From positions 1,760,001 to 1,824,000 of the forward strand of contig CAXXDV010000003.1 of the NCBI GenBank assembly GCA_963674745.2: 64,000 nt of DNA, read 5' to 3'. This stretch comes from Desulfosudaceae bacterium. Lineage in GTDB: Bacteria > Desulfobacterota > Desulfobacteria > Desulfobacterales > Desulfosudaceae. Every line of letters starts with the position of its first letter. Within the stretch, counting starts at the first letter, position 1. The position numbers and the translations under genes were made by a program. The notes below the pieces were generated by a model that was not told the DNA's origin, made no database searches, and worked only from the letters and a program-made list of their open reading frames with translations. Of this stretch, positions 51,958 to 61,284 are shown piece by piece.

Positions 51958-52827
51958 TTAAGCCCGATTGTAGTATTTCCGATACAGCTTGACTGTGTCC
52001 GGGTCCGACCACAAACGGCGAATCAGATATGTTGTTACCTGCCTTAAAACCCAGGGCGCATTTCGAAAACCGGTCTTATCCCATCGCCTGGTGGAGACAA
52101 GGACGTTGCCGATCAGGTAAATCTGTCGACCCAGCCGATGAAGTCTTATGGAAAATTCCACATCTTCCATCAGGGCGATACCCGGAAACATATCCCGGTC
52201 AACAACCGGCTGTCTACGAAAAAACTGGACCTGATCACCGAAACTGATTTTAAAAAATGCGGCCCGGAAGTCATTGGCCAGTTCGATAAACCGGAACCAT
52301 AATCGGGAAGAATCAAACCGGCAGCCCACGGCGCCGCCGATAACACCGGGATGTTTATTCAGAGCGGCAAGTACCCGGTCAATTTCTTCGGCCGGCAACA
52401 TAGCATCGGCATGAAGGATCATCACCACATCACCTTTAGCTGCGTCGATGCCGGATTTGATCTGTCCGCCCCGCCCGCCGCCGTCTTCAATCGGTTGATC
52501 ATGAATAATCACCCGGGCGCCGGATTCTCTCGCCAGTATGCAGGTCCGATCTTCAGACCCGGCATCAATCACAAGCGTTTCCACCACACGCGCATTATCC
52601 GAAAAGGCCTGCAAACATCGGACGATATGATTTTCTTCGTTTAAAGTCGGGATAATAATTGATACGGAATGGCAGGGTGATGATGGGAATTTTTTTCTTT
52701 TTTCCCTCCATGTTTGAACGTCTTCATATGCGAACAAAAACAAAAAAGGCAATCGTGCCGCCATTTGCGCCCCGACCGGCAGACCATGCGCAACTGTCTT
52801 CAGCTTTTCAGCAAGACTATCTTTCAT
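51958..52827 (-). CDS. GT2 glycosyltransferase resembling the rSAM/selenodomain-associated TIGR04283 family
   Basis: SIIIPTLNEE, LHAD, FGDQ, LMEDV, STRRW. Confidence 0.75.
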   Translation of the reverse strand: MKDSLAEKLKTVAHGLPVGAQMAARLPFLFLFAYEDVQTWREKRKKFPSSPCHSVSIIIPTLNEENHIVRCLQAFSDNARVVETLVIDAGSEDRTCILARESGARVIIHDQPIEDGGGRGGQIKSGIDAAKGDVVMILHADAMLPAEEIDRVLAALNKHPGVIGGAVGCRFDSSRLWFRFIELANDFRAAFFKISFGDQVQFFRRQPVVDRDMFPGIALMEDVEFSIRLHRLGRQIYLIGNVLVSTRRWDKTGFRNAPWVLRQVTTYLIRRLWSDPDTVKLYRKYYNRA

Positions 52828-53042
52828 TCATAATCGATTTCTTTTATCAGATCCTGAATCAATTGCTTCAGATCCAAATTATATTTTCCAGCAACGGTCT
52901 TTAATGGATCAAACAATGCCTGGCAGCAGATACATTCTCCGGCAATATGATCATATTTTTTAAAAACCGCTTCAGTTGACCGGAACCGGCTGACGATGTC
53001 AAGTACGGTCATATCGGGGCTTATTTTTTCGATGTCTTCCAT
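52824..53042 (-). CDS. Small DUF1858-like protein
   Basis: ISPDMTVLDIV...CICCQALF. Confidence 0.65.
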   Translation of the reverse strand: MEDIEKISPDMTVLDIVSRFRSTEAVFKKYDHIAGECICCQALFDPLKTVAGKYNLDLKQLIQDLIKEIDYE

Positions 53043-53070
53043 GGCGGTTTTTTCCAGTCGTGTCTAGATA

Positions 53071-53360
53071 AAAGGGCAACCACAGGGGGTTGCCCCTACG
53101 GGTTTGTCCAGGCCGATCATGAGCATTGTAGGGGCAGGCCCCTGTGCCTGCCCAGTAAAAGGGCAACCACAGGGGGTTGCCCCTACGGGTTTGTCCAGGC
53201 CGATCATGAGCATTGTAGGGGCAGGCCCCTGTGCCTGCCCAGTAAAAGGGCAACCACAGGGGGTTGCCCCTACGGGTTTGTCCAGGCCGATTATGAGCAT
53301 TGTAGGGGCAGGCCCCTGTGCCTGCCCGGCAAAGGGCACCCACTGGGGGTTGCCCCTGCA
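53071..53360. repeat. BIME-like tandem array: three 87-bp REP-doublet units plus a partial fourth
   Basis: GGGCAACCAC recurs at 53074, 53161 and 53248, with a variant at 53334; linkers nearly identical. Confidence 0.92.
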
Positions 53361-53384
53361 TGGCAGAACAATCCGAGAGATATT

Positions 53385-54524
53385 CTACAGACCAAATGCC
53401 ACCTGAAATGTAACAATGTCAACGGTATTGGTATCATCATCCACCTGTGACCATTCCAGGGTCAGTTTATTGGCCGGACCTTTTAAATAATAGTTACACC
53501 CGACCCCGTAAACGGTCGTATCATCCGTGCCGGGATCGTCGGGCATGATGGTTTCGTAATGCGCGAAAGGTTGAATATTACCGGCCAGCAGCACACCGGC
53601 TTTGGCCGTGAAAATATCCCCGTCCGTTCCGGAAGTCAGGTCGGACCAGGTCACGCTGTTGACAATATTATCAAGCCAGATATAGGCAAACTCGGCTGTA
53701 ATGGCGCAGGCTTCCATGGGGATGTCCAGATGAATGTCTGCAGTAAACCCCGTGTAGTCCTCTTTGTTACCGCCCATCATCAGGTCCGGCTGATAATCAA
53801 AACCGCCCCCGATAGCAACGATATTCTTTTTACCCAGATAAGTACCGCCATTAAACCAGGCTGTCTCAGTGTCAAACAGGTTCAGGCTCAAGCGACCGGC
53901 CAGCCGGATCTTATCATCCGGATTAACCGTGCTGTTTTCTACGCCTTCTCCAACCATCAGGCGGTACTGCAGTTTATCTTCCAGCACATTACCCCAGAGG
54001 GTAACACTGTCATCCCGTCCCACCTTTGTGGGGTACAGAATGCCGCTGCGCAGTCCGCCCTGGCCCCAGTCCAGTTCGGTCGTCAGCAAAGACTTGGTGG
54101 AAGTGGTGCCGTAGTTCCGGGTGAAGGGCACATACATTCGCCCGACCTGGATCATAAAATCATCTCCCAGCAGTTTATAATTGACCCAGCCGTCCCGCAA
54201 GGCCAGCCCTGTGCCCAGGCCCATGCCGGAATTATCCAAACCTTCCTGGCCGATCCGGTCCCCGGCGTAATGAACAAAAAAACTGATTTTCGGTGTCACG
54301 GTTCCACTGACGCTGAAATAAGTGCGGCGCACCATGAAATCATTCAGCTCGTCATCCCATTCACCATCTCCGTCACGGTCATAATCTCCTACATACTGAT
54401 ACCAGGCCTGTCCCCAGAAGCCCACATTCAAACTCATATCACCGTCTTTATACACTTCCACGGCTCCGGCCAGCGATGGCAATAACATTGCCCCGATACA
54501 GAAAAACACCAGCTTTTTCAACAT
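53385..54524 (-). CDS. Porin, ExtI-like (phosphate-selective porin fold)
   Basis: Signal peptide, F..RR.Y, RDGWV, VPFTR, GRDD; C-terminal beta strand; located in the yedE operon. Confidence 0.7.
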   Translation of the reverse strand: MLKKLVFFCIGAMLLPSLAGAVEVYKDGDMSLNVGFWGQAWYQYVGDYDRDGDGEWDDELNDFMVRRTYFSVSGTVTPKISFFVHYAGDRIGQEGLDNSGMGLGTGLALRDGWVNYKLLGDDFMIQVGRMYVPFTRNYGTTSTKSLLTTELDWGQGGLRSGILYPTKVGRDDSVTLWGNVLEDKLQYRLMVGEGVENSTVNPDDKIRLAGRLSLNLFDTETAWFNGGTYLGKKNIVAIGGGFDYQPDLMMGGNKEDYTGFTADIHLDIPMEACAITAEFAYIWLDNIVNSVTWSDLTSGTDGDIFTAKAGVLLAGNIQPFAHYETIMPDDPGTDDTTVYGVGCNYYLKGPANKLTLEWSQVDDDTNTVDIVTFQVAFGL

Positions 54525-55423
54525 GTCTCCCTCTCCTTTGTTTTGTTTAAAATGGTATTATGTTTATCCTCATTAAGAAAAGACGCGGCGCATTCGGAAA
54601 GGCACCGGATAATATCGATCACTTGTGAACCGGGATCAGGACGGGCCGTCTCTCCGGCCAGGCGGCTGATGGCAGAAGCATGGCAGCAGGCGATGGGAAT
54701 CTCATATCCCAGACCGGTCAGAGCCGCCACCAGCCCGGTCAGAATGTCCCCGGTTCCGCCGATGGCTTCCAGGACCGCCACCATAGGTTCGGATACGGCC
54801 TGAATGATTCCATCAGCATCCGCCAATACATCCTGTTCACCCTTGATTAACAGGTACCGGGCGGCGTTTTGGTATTGATAGGCCCTTGCAATCAACTCCG
54901 GAACACGATTTGATTCATGAAATATAAACCCCCGTGTATAAAATGGATGGGGCGCGGATTCATCGGCCAGAAAAGCCAGTTCACCGATATCCGGTGTAAA
55001 AATATCGTAAAAATCGGCATACCCGCTCATTTTGGCGGCATACATGAATCCGGCATCCGCAATGACGACCGGGCGGGGCGACATTTTCTCCATGGCCAGC
55101 ATGACCCGGTTATGCCAGTCGACGTCCGGTTGAATATAATGAAAGGTCAGGCTGCCAAACTTTTGGGACGGCAGATCGGCTTCCAGATGGCTATAAAGTT
55201 TCCGGCTGCCGGCACCGGTCCCGATGTCACCGACCAGGTACGCGAACGGGGGCGGCGCGTTGAAATAATCACAGATATTGACCGCAGCGGCCAGCAAGGC
55301 CGGTGTACCCCGGTTAACGGCAAGACGGTGGCCATTGATCTCAAGCATCCGACCGGACAAGGCGACCTGCCCGCAGGTTAAAGGGAACTGCTGATCCGGG
55401 ACTGTACCGACTACGGCGAACAT
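54518..55423 (-). CDS. Ribokinase-like/carbohydrate-kinase (NnrD-like) protein associated with yedE clusters
   Basis: IADAG, TPDIGEL, GGTGDILTG. Confidence 0.78.
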   Translation of the reverse strand: MFAVVGTVPDQQFPLTCGQVALSGRMLEINGHRLAVNRGTPALLAAAVNICDYFNAPPPFAYLVGDIGTGAGSRKLYSHLEADLPSQKFGSLTFHYIQPDVDWHNRVMLAMEKMSPRPVVIADAGFMYAAKMSGYADFYDIFTPDIGELAFLADESAPHPFYTRGFIFHESNRVPELIARAYQYQNAARYLLIKGEQDVLADADGIIQAVSEPMVAVLEAIGGTGDILTGLVAALTGLGYEIPIACCHASAISRLAGETARPDPGSQVIDIIRCLSECAASFLNEDKHNTILNKTKERETC

Positions 55424-55959
55424 TGGCGCTCCATTTCCTCATAAGCCAGTTGCAGCGCGTACCCGCACAAGGTATGCCCGATACTGCGGGGAGACGGCGC
55501 TTCATCCAGGCTTTTGCCGACCATCTCGGCGGCCAGATAAGGCACATCCGGACATCCGCCACCGGAAATATTGACCACGGTCCGGGTTTCTTTTTCCACT
55601 GTGATTTTCATATTCGCGGCCCGGACCATCAGAAACCGGCCATAATCGGTGGTAAAAAAAATATCGACCGGCTCCAGCAGCGGGCTGGAGACAGGCACGA
55701 TCTGAAGCGGAGCAATCTGGCCTGATTCCAGGACCCGCAGAATCTCGAGTTCCTCGATCAGGGGAAATTCAATCACCAGGTCACAACCGGTCCGGATTTC
55801 CGGCGGCGGGCCCATGACCCGTATTTTCCACCCGTTTTTGGCAAGCAGGTTTTCCGCCTGGATCACTTCGCTGGTGTTCTCAAATACCAGGATACCGCGA
55901 TCCTTCAAACCGGCAACACCGGCCGACGGCTTCTTTTTGAAAAAATCAAAAATCCCCAC
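55411..55959 (-). CDS. DUF3343 domain protein
   Basis: FENTSEVIQAE, PPEIRTGCD. Confidence 0.8.
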   Translation of the reverse strand: MGIFDFFKKKPSAGVAGLKDRGILVFENTSEVIQAENLLAKNGWKIRVMGPPPEIRTGCDLVIEFPLIEELEILRVLESGQIAPLQIVPVSSPLLEPVDIFFTTDYGRFLMVRAANMKITVEKETRTVVNISGGGCPDVPYLAAEMVGKSLDEAPSPRSIGHTLCGYALQLAYEEMERQCSP

Positions 55960-55962
55960 ACC

Positions 55963-56178
55963 TTACCCCTTGCGGATCTCAAGCCGATAGGTTTCATCTT
56001 CAGAGGTAATACCAGCCACCTGCCATCCCTGGCTCTCAACCGCCCGGCTGACATTCTCTTTTGAGGCCTCGGTATCCACCAGCACCAGAAATTCATCGGC
56101 AGTTGCCTTTTTTAAAGCATCTACGGTCATTAACACCGGTTGCGGGCAGGACAGCCCCCGGGCGTCGATTGTTTCCAT
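55963..56178 (-). CDS. yedF: TusA/SirA-family sulfur/selenium carrier
   Basis: IDARGLSCPQPV. Confidence 0.88.
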   Translation of the reverse strand: METIDARGLSCPQPVLMTVDALKKATADEFLVLVDTEASKENVSRAVESQGWQVAGITSEDETYRLEIRKG

Positions 56179-56259
56179 ATTATTTCTCCTTCTTGTTCGT
56201 GTTGGTATATCTTGTTCGTGATCAATGAAACCACTGTCAGGGCGACCGGCGGGCCGCCC

Positions 56260-57339
56260 CTACTTCTGCTTAACAGTGAAACCGATGACCACACATACAA
56301 CCAGGCCGATCACTACCGCGGCCAACCCATGAGGACCGATGCCCTTTGGTGAACTGGCCAAACCGAAATTATGGGCAAAAGCGGCCCCGGCCACCATGCC
56401 GACGACAAAAATGCCGGCGTCCGTGTCCCCTTCCCCGGATAAAAACAACTGTCGGCCGGGACATCCACCGGCCAGGGCAAAGGCCAGGCCGGCCAGGACC
56501 ATGCCCAACGCATTCCAGACATGCTGGGTATGCGCCACCGGTTGGCCTTCGAACCCGGGTTTGAACTGCCCCAGGATCAAGTTGGTGACGAACGCGAAAA
56601 CAATCAGGGCCACAACACCTGAAAACAGATGAATCTGTTTGAACAGAATCAGATCGCGGAAAGCGCCCATGGTGCAGAACCGGCTCCGCTGGGCGAAAAA
56701 ACCGATCACCAGACCGACCAAAATAGAGATAATCAGGGGGGCGTGCATGGCGCCCGGACCTTTTGAGCTGTAAAACAATACCCCGCTCTGGGCTTCCCCT
56801 TCCGCCTGGGGATAAATCAGCATGAGCAGTAAAAACCCGATGGCCAGAACCGGCAGAATCAATCCCGCGGCCGGAGAGAATTTATGGGTCCGACCGAGGT
56901 TGTACCCGCTTTTTAAAAACCGGGTGCCGATCCAGACACCAATTACAAGGCCGAACAGACCGAGAATCGCGTTCCAGTCGCCACCGGCCAGACGCAGCAT
57001 GGCCCGCCAGGGGCACCCCAGAAAAACCAGGGCGCCGATCATGGCAAAAGCCCCAAGGATAAAACGAACCAGCGGGGAGGATCCGCCCCTTGGTCTGAAT
57101 TCTTTAAAAATAAGGGCTGCAACCAGGGAACCGATGACAAACCCGATAATCTCCGGCCGCATATACTGGACCACGCCGGCCCGATGCAAACCCAGGGCAC
57201 CGGTAATATCCCTGACAAAACAGGCCACGCAGATCCCCATATTCCCCGGGTTACCCCAGTACTGCAACAGCGCGGCGATGACGCCGATAAAAGCGCCTAC
57301 ACCGATGATCCCCCACCGTGTCGCAAAAACATTCTTCAT
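56260..57339 (-). CDS. yedE: YedE-family putative selenium transporter
   Basis: GNPGNMGICVACF, LGCPWR, QRSRFC, GGCPGRQ. Confidence 0.92.
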   Translation of the reverse strand: MKNVFATRWGIIGVGAFIGVIAALLQYWGNPGNMGICVACFVRDITGALGLHRAGVVQYMRPEIIGFVIGSLVAALIFKEFRPRGGSSPLVRFILGAFAMIGALVFLGCPWRAMLRLAGGDWNAILGLFGLVIGVWIGTRFLKSGYNLGRTHKFSPAAGLILPVLAIGFLLLMLIYPQAEGEAQSGVLFYSSKGPGAMHAPLIISILVGLVIGFFAQRSRFCTMGAFRDLILFKQIHLFSGVVALIVFAFVTNLILGQFKPGFEGQPVAHTQHVWNALGMVLAGLAFALAGGCPGRQLFLSGEGDTDAGIFVVGMVAGAAFAHNFGLASSPKGIGPHGLAAVVIGLVVCVVIGFTVKQK

Positions 57340-57427
57340 TACACCACCCTCTCCTTTATAAATTTCATTTCAAACATAAAAGTGCACAAAAGGCCGTTGC
57401 AGCCGACATTTGTGACCTGAATTATTA

Positions 57428-57503
57428 ACCATAATGTTGCGTTTACAAATAAGTAAAATAGTAAATTTCTATATATTAGCATCGACCGATCAGGATTATC
57501 TAT
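57428..57503 (-). promoter_or_regulatory. Promoter with two LysR-like boxes (island promoter 4)
   Basis: ATAGATAATCCTGAT, 16 nt, ATAGAAATTTACTAT, TTTACT, 18 nt, TATGGT. Confidence 0.55.
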
Positions 57504-57656
57504 GGGCCGCAATCGGGAAATCCATGACAACCGTCCAAAAAGAAAAAGGGGTTTGCCATCAAAGCGAATTCTGATATTGGTATAGATTAACGTTAAAATT
57601 CGGTTTTATGATAAACGGATATATCAAAAATATGATGCAACCGAAGGGAAAACAAC

Positions 57657-58985
57657 ATGAGCAAACACACCGTCTCCATCGTCAAATATGAAGAACCGGG
57701 TAAATCCGTTCGCCGGGCCGTGGAACTGGCCGGTGGTCTGGACCACCTGCCTGCCGATGCCAACGTCTTTATCAAGCCCAACATCGTTTTCTGGACCAAG
57801 TCGGTTCAGTTTCCCAAGTGGGGCGTCATCACCACTTCCCGGGTGATCGAAGATATCGTGGTGATGTTAAAGGAACGCGGCGTAAAAAGCATCACCATCG
57901 GCGAAGGTATTGTCGTGACCGACCCCAGGGACACCGAGACCCCGGCCCATGCTTTTAAAACACTGGGATATGGAACGTTGAAAAAGAAATACGGGGTCGA
58001 ATCCGTCAACGTGCTGGAAGCGCCTTTTAAAAAAGTCGATCTTGGAGACGGTATCGAGCTTAATTTCAACGCCCAGGCCATGGAAAGTGATTTTCTGGTG
58101 GATATACCGGCCATGAAAACCCACAACCAGACCACGGTCAGCCTGGGCATCAAAAACCTCAAGGGCCTGATCGACTTTAAATCCAGAAAAAAGTGCCATA
58201 ATGCCGACCCGGAAAAGGACCTTTATTTCATGATCGCCCGGCTGGCAGACCCCATGCCGCCCATGCTGACGGTTCTCGACGGTATTTATACCATAGAACG
58301 CGGGCCCGGATTCGACGGCAAAATGCGGCGCAGCAATCTTTTGCTGGCTTCACGTGATGTGTTTTCAGCCGATATCGTGGGGGCCAAAGTACTGGGCCAT
58401 GACGCGGCCGATATTCCTTACCTGGTTCACGCGGCCGACAACCGCAACCGGCCGACTGACCTGTCCGACATCGAGGTAGTCGGCGAAACCATCGACGATG
58501 TTGCCTCTTATCACGAATTTGATTTCGCTTACCAGGAGGACGAAGACGCCTGCCTGCCGACGCCCATGGCCAAAGGCGGGCTCAAAGGCATCTACTACCG
58601 TAAATTCGACACTTCCATGTGCACCTACTGTTCCGGTGTCAACGGGCTCATTTTGCAGGCCATCCGTTATGCCTGGAAAGGCGAGCCCTGGGACCACATC
58701 GAAGTGCTGACCGGGAAAATGATGAAACCCACACCGGGCATGAAAAAAACCATCCTGGTGGGCAAATGCATGTACGAAGCACACCGCAATAACCCGGATA
58801 TCCAGGAAATGATCGCCATCAAGGGCTGCCCGCCCAAGCCGGAGAACATTTACAAGGCCCTGACCCAGGCGGGTTTTGATGTCAATGCCGACCTGTTTGA
58901 CAAGTTTGACGAGCTGCCGGCTTTTTTCATGAGCCGCTACGCCGACAAACCGGAATTCGAGGAAGCCTTTTTCCAGGTAAAATAA
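57657..58985 (+). CDS. DUF362 domain protein
   Basis: IKPN, KTH, SLGIKNLKG, GP; C-terminal CTYC and GCPP. Confidence 0.85.
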   Translation: MSKHTVSIVKYEEPGKSVRRAVELAGGLDHLPADANVFIKPNIVFWTKSVQFPKWGVITTSRVIEDIVVMLKERGVKSITIGEGIVVTDPRDTETPAHAFKTLGYGTLKKKYGVESVNVLEAPFKKVDLGDGIELNFNAQAMESDFLVDIPAMKTHNQTTVSLGIKNLKGLIDFKSRKKCHNADPEKDLYFMIARLADPMPPMLTVLDGIYTIERGPGFDGKMRRSNLLLASRDVFSADIVGAKVLGHDAADIPYLVHAADNRNRPTDLSDIEVVGETIDDVASYHEFDFAYQEDEDACLPTPMAKGGLKGIYYRKFDTSMCTYCSGVNGLILQAIRYAWKGEPWDHIEVLTGKMMKPTPGMKKTILVGKCMYEAHRNNPDIQEMIAIKGCPPKPENIYKALTQAGFDVNADLFDKFDELPAFFMSRYADKPEFEEAFFQVK

Positions 58986-58995
58986 CGTATCCGGC

Positions 58996-59367
58996 CTAGA
59001 TTACCCGGCAAGGGTAAAGGGCGATCTTGGGATCATCCGTCATGAGGGGATAGCTGTTCGCCATACTCTGTGCGATAAGCATTCGATCAAAAGGATCTTC
59101 ATGATGGAACGGCATGTCCTTGAGCAATAAGGCTGCTTCCGCGGAAAAATCAAGAAGCGCAAACCCGCTTTCACCGGCCATGGCCACCGGGTCAAAGTCC
59201 ATCGCAAGCTTTCCGACTGACGCTTTTATCATGAGTTCTGCAATGGTGACAGCGCTGACATATATCGTATTTGACAAATCTTCCAATATCGATCGTTTGG
59301 TATCGTCTATTCTGCCCGGATCGGATAATGCCCAGAGAAAAATATGAGTATCAATAATGATGTTCAT
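58996..59367 (-). CDS. vapC: VapC-family PIN toxin
   Basis: IDTHIFLW, HEDPFDRMLIAQ. Confidence 0.92.
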   Translation of the reverse strand: MNIIIDTHIFLWALSDPGRIDDTKRSILEDLSNTIYVSAVTIAELMIKASVGKLAMDFDPVAMAGESGFALLDFSAEAALLLKDMPFHHEDPFDRMLIAQSMANSYPLMTDDPKIALYPCRVI

Positions 59368-59600
59368 TGATCGTCACCATAAAACATGGCTGTGATATCA
59401 GCATCCTCATTCATTATATTATCCGGAGCCGTAAATTTTCCCGCCAGCAGACCGAGCTTTCTTTTGCCTTCAGGTTTGTGAATGACCAGATCCACAAGCG
59501 GCAGGTTGTTCTTGGCGATAACGACCTTCTCTCCACGGTAAACAAGCGCAACCAGTTTGGAAAGATTAGTTTTTGCTTCTGAAATATTAACGATCTTCAT
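59364..59600 (-). CDS. Phd/YefM-family antitoxin
   Basis: MKIVNISEAKTNLSKL; GAGG RBS; ATGA overlap with the toxin. Confidence 0.9.
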   Translation of the reverse strand: MKIVNISEAKTNLSKLVALVYRGEKVVIAKNNLPLVDLVIHKPEGKRKLGLLAGKFTAPDNIMNEDADITAMFYGDDQ

Positions 59601-59616
59601 GGCAACCTCACTGTTT

Positions 59617-59653
59617 TTGACCCGACAAGGCCAACTTGGTCTTGTCAGGTCAA
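59617..59653. promoter_or_regulatory. 37-bp palindrome, probable TA operator
   Basis: TTGACCCGACAAGGCCAA-C-TTGGTCTTGTCAGGTCAA (two mismatches), just upstream of the antitoxin. Confidence 0.6.
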
Positions 59654-59710
59654 GTATACCTAAAAAGGTCAACTCTGGTCAATAATATTCTGAGGTCATT
59701 TACAAAGTCA

Positions 59711-60499
59711 TTAAATCTCCAGGACCAGCCCCACCGGGCAATGATCCGAGCCGAAAACAGTATTGTCGATAAAGGCGTCCTTGAGCCAGCCTTTGGACAC
59801 GATATCTTCGGTTACAAAGAAATAATCGATACGCCACCCGACATTCCGGTCCCGGGCTTTGAAGCGATAGGTCCACCACGAATACTTGACAGTATCCGGA
59901 TACAGATGCCGGAACGTATCCACATAACCGTCGTCGATTATCCGGTCCAGCCAGTCCCGCTCGATCCGCATAAAGCCTGATGTTTTCTCATTAGCCTTGG
60001 GGTTTTTCAGATCGATCTCGTTGTGAGCGGTATTATAATCCCCGCAGATCACCAGGCTCCGCCCCTGCTTGCGGTATTCATCCGCATAAGCAAAAAAATC
60101 ACGATAAAAATCAAGCTTATATGTGAGCCGCTCGTCACTCATCTGACCGTTGGGAAAATAAATGTTAAAATAAATAAAATCGCCCAGATCCAGCTCAAGG
60201 ATACGCCCTTCATTATCGTATTCCGGCCGGCCGATGCCGGTTTTAACCTTTTGAGCCGCCATCCGGGAATATGCGGCCACCCCACTGTATCCTTTTTTTA
60301 CCGAGGCATAAGACCAGAAAGAGTCGTAGCCGTCAATGCTCGCCATTTCATCAGTGACCTGGGCTTCCTGCAGCTTGGTTTCCTGTATCCCGACCACATC
60401 GGCATCCAGGCTTTTAAAGGTCTCTAAAAACCCTTTTCCCATAACCGCCCTCAGACCGTTGACGTTCCAGGATACCAGTTTAATCTTTCGTTTGGCCAT
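59711..60499 (-). CDS. xth: Exodeoxyribonuclease III
   Basis: SWNVNGLRA, QETK, GDYN, GWRIDYF, SDHCP. Confidence 0.95.
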   Translation of the reverse strand: MAKRKIKLVSWNVNGLRAVMGKGFLETFKSLDADVVGIQETKLQEAQVTDEMASIDGYDSFWSYASVKKGYSGVAAYSRMAAQKVKTGIGRPEYDNEGRILELDLGDFIYFNIYFPNGQMSDERLTYKLDFYRDFFAYADEYRKQGRSLVICGDYNTAHNEIDLKNPKANEKTSGFMRIERDWLDRIIDDGYVDTFRHLYPDTVKYSWWTYRFKARDRNVGWRIDYFFVTEDIVSKGWLKDAFIDNTVFGSDHCPVGLVLEI

Positions 60500-60983
60500 T
60501 CGATCCCCTTGTTCGTCTATTGCAGGTTGGCTGTTCTTTTGACACCATTATCCATACCATGTAAAATGGTAAAAGTTCAAATTATCAATCGGATCGTTTT
60601 TTCTTGTATTCGGCTCTCAAACCACCACACTTAAAAATCCAACGGGCTCTTAACCCCCATCCGATTTTTCGGGCCACAAAGTACCGAACCTGCTCTTTCG
60701 AAACGATTGACTTTGAAAACAAACAATTACTGAACTCTTCCATAGTTCCGCCCTGAACCTGAAAACAAATTGATAAGTAAAACCAAAATTATCGAGAAGT
60801 TCCGACTAAGACACCCATATGGCACGAAAACAAGAATGGCAAAACTATTAAAATTTAGCCTTATTTAATATAAAATATTGATTTCTATTTATTTATCTGT
60901 ACAAATAGAGCTTAACATAATTCGCTTGTAATTAATAAAAGTTATAGCTAATTATATCCATGGGGGATGTAATCGAGAAATTC

Positions 60984-61004
60984 TATCTAATAACATTGTT
61001 ATAT
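60984..61004 (+). other. Putative attI site (first crossover G/TTATAT at 60998)
   Basis: TATCTAATAACATT-GTTATAT. GTTATATT is the complement of AATATAAC, which ends cassette 1, and no attC arm lies upstream. Confidence 0.55.
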
Positions 61005-61083
61005 TTATTAATCATCGAATAGATTTATGAGAAGATAAAATCGATTTAATTACCAAAAAAATAGAAAAATTTGATCTTAAAAA

Positions 61084-61284
61084 ATGAAAATGGAAAATGA
61101 TTCACCAATACTCGTATCTATTTTGATTATTATAGCTGTTCTATCAACTGTGTTAATATGTTTTGGAGATGTCTTTCTCGCTATTTGTTTGGAAGGAATA
61201 GGGACCGGGGTTGTATTGATTATATATCTTATAAAAATTAAATTCTTTTCTCGTAAATCAGATGAGCTGACTAATAAAATATGA
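61084..61284 (+). CDS. Cassette 1: small 2-TM hypothetical protein
   Basis: ORF ends immediately before attC1. Confidence 0.6.
   Translation: MKMENDSPILVSILIIIAVLSTVLICFGDVFLAICLEGIGTGVVLIIYLIKIKFFSRKSDELTNKI

Noticed and set aside
53071..53360. CRISPR array
   Set aside because: The intervening sequences are nearly identical rather than unique spacers, the repeats are REP palindromes found elsewhere in the window, and there are no cas genes
52999..53406. Three overlapping ORFs with repeated peptides
   Set aside because: Artefacts of translating the 87-bp tandem repeat (87 is divisible by 3)
53559..54485. Long antisense ORFs (also 3484-4266, 6769-7416, 7479-8315, 214-789)
   Set aside because: Shadows of well-supported genes on the opposite strand with no recognisable motifs
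60820..60840. Sigma54 promoter at TGGCACG
   Set aside because: No TTGC -12 element at the required spacing
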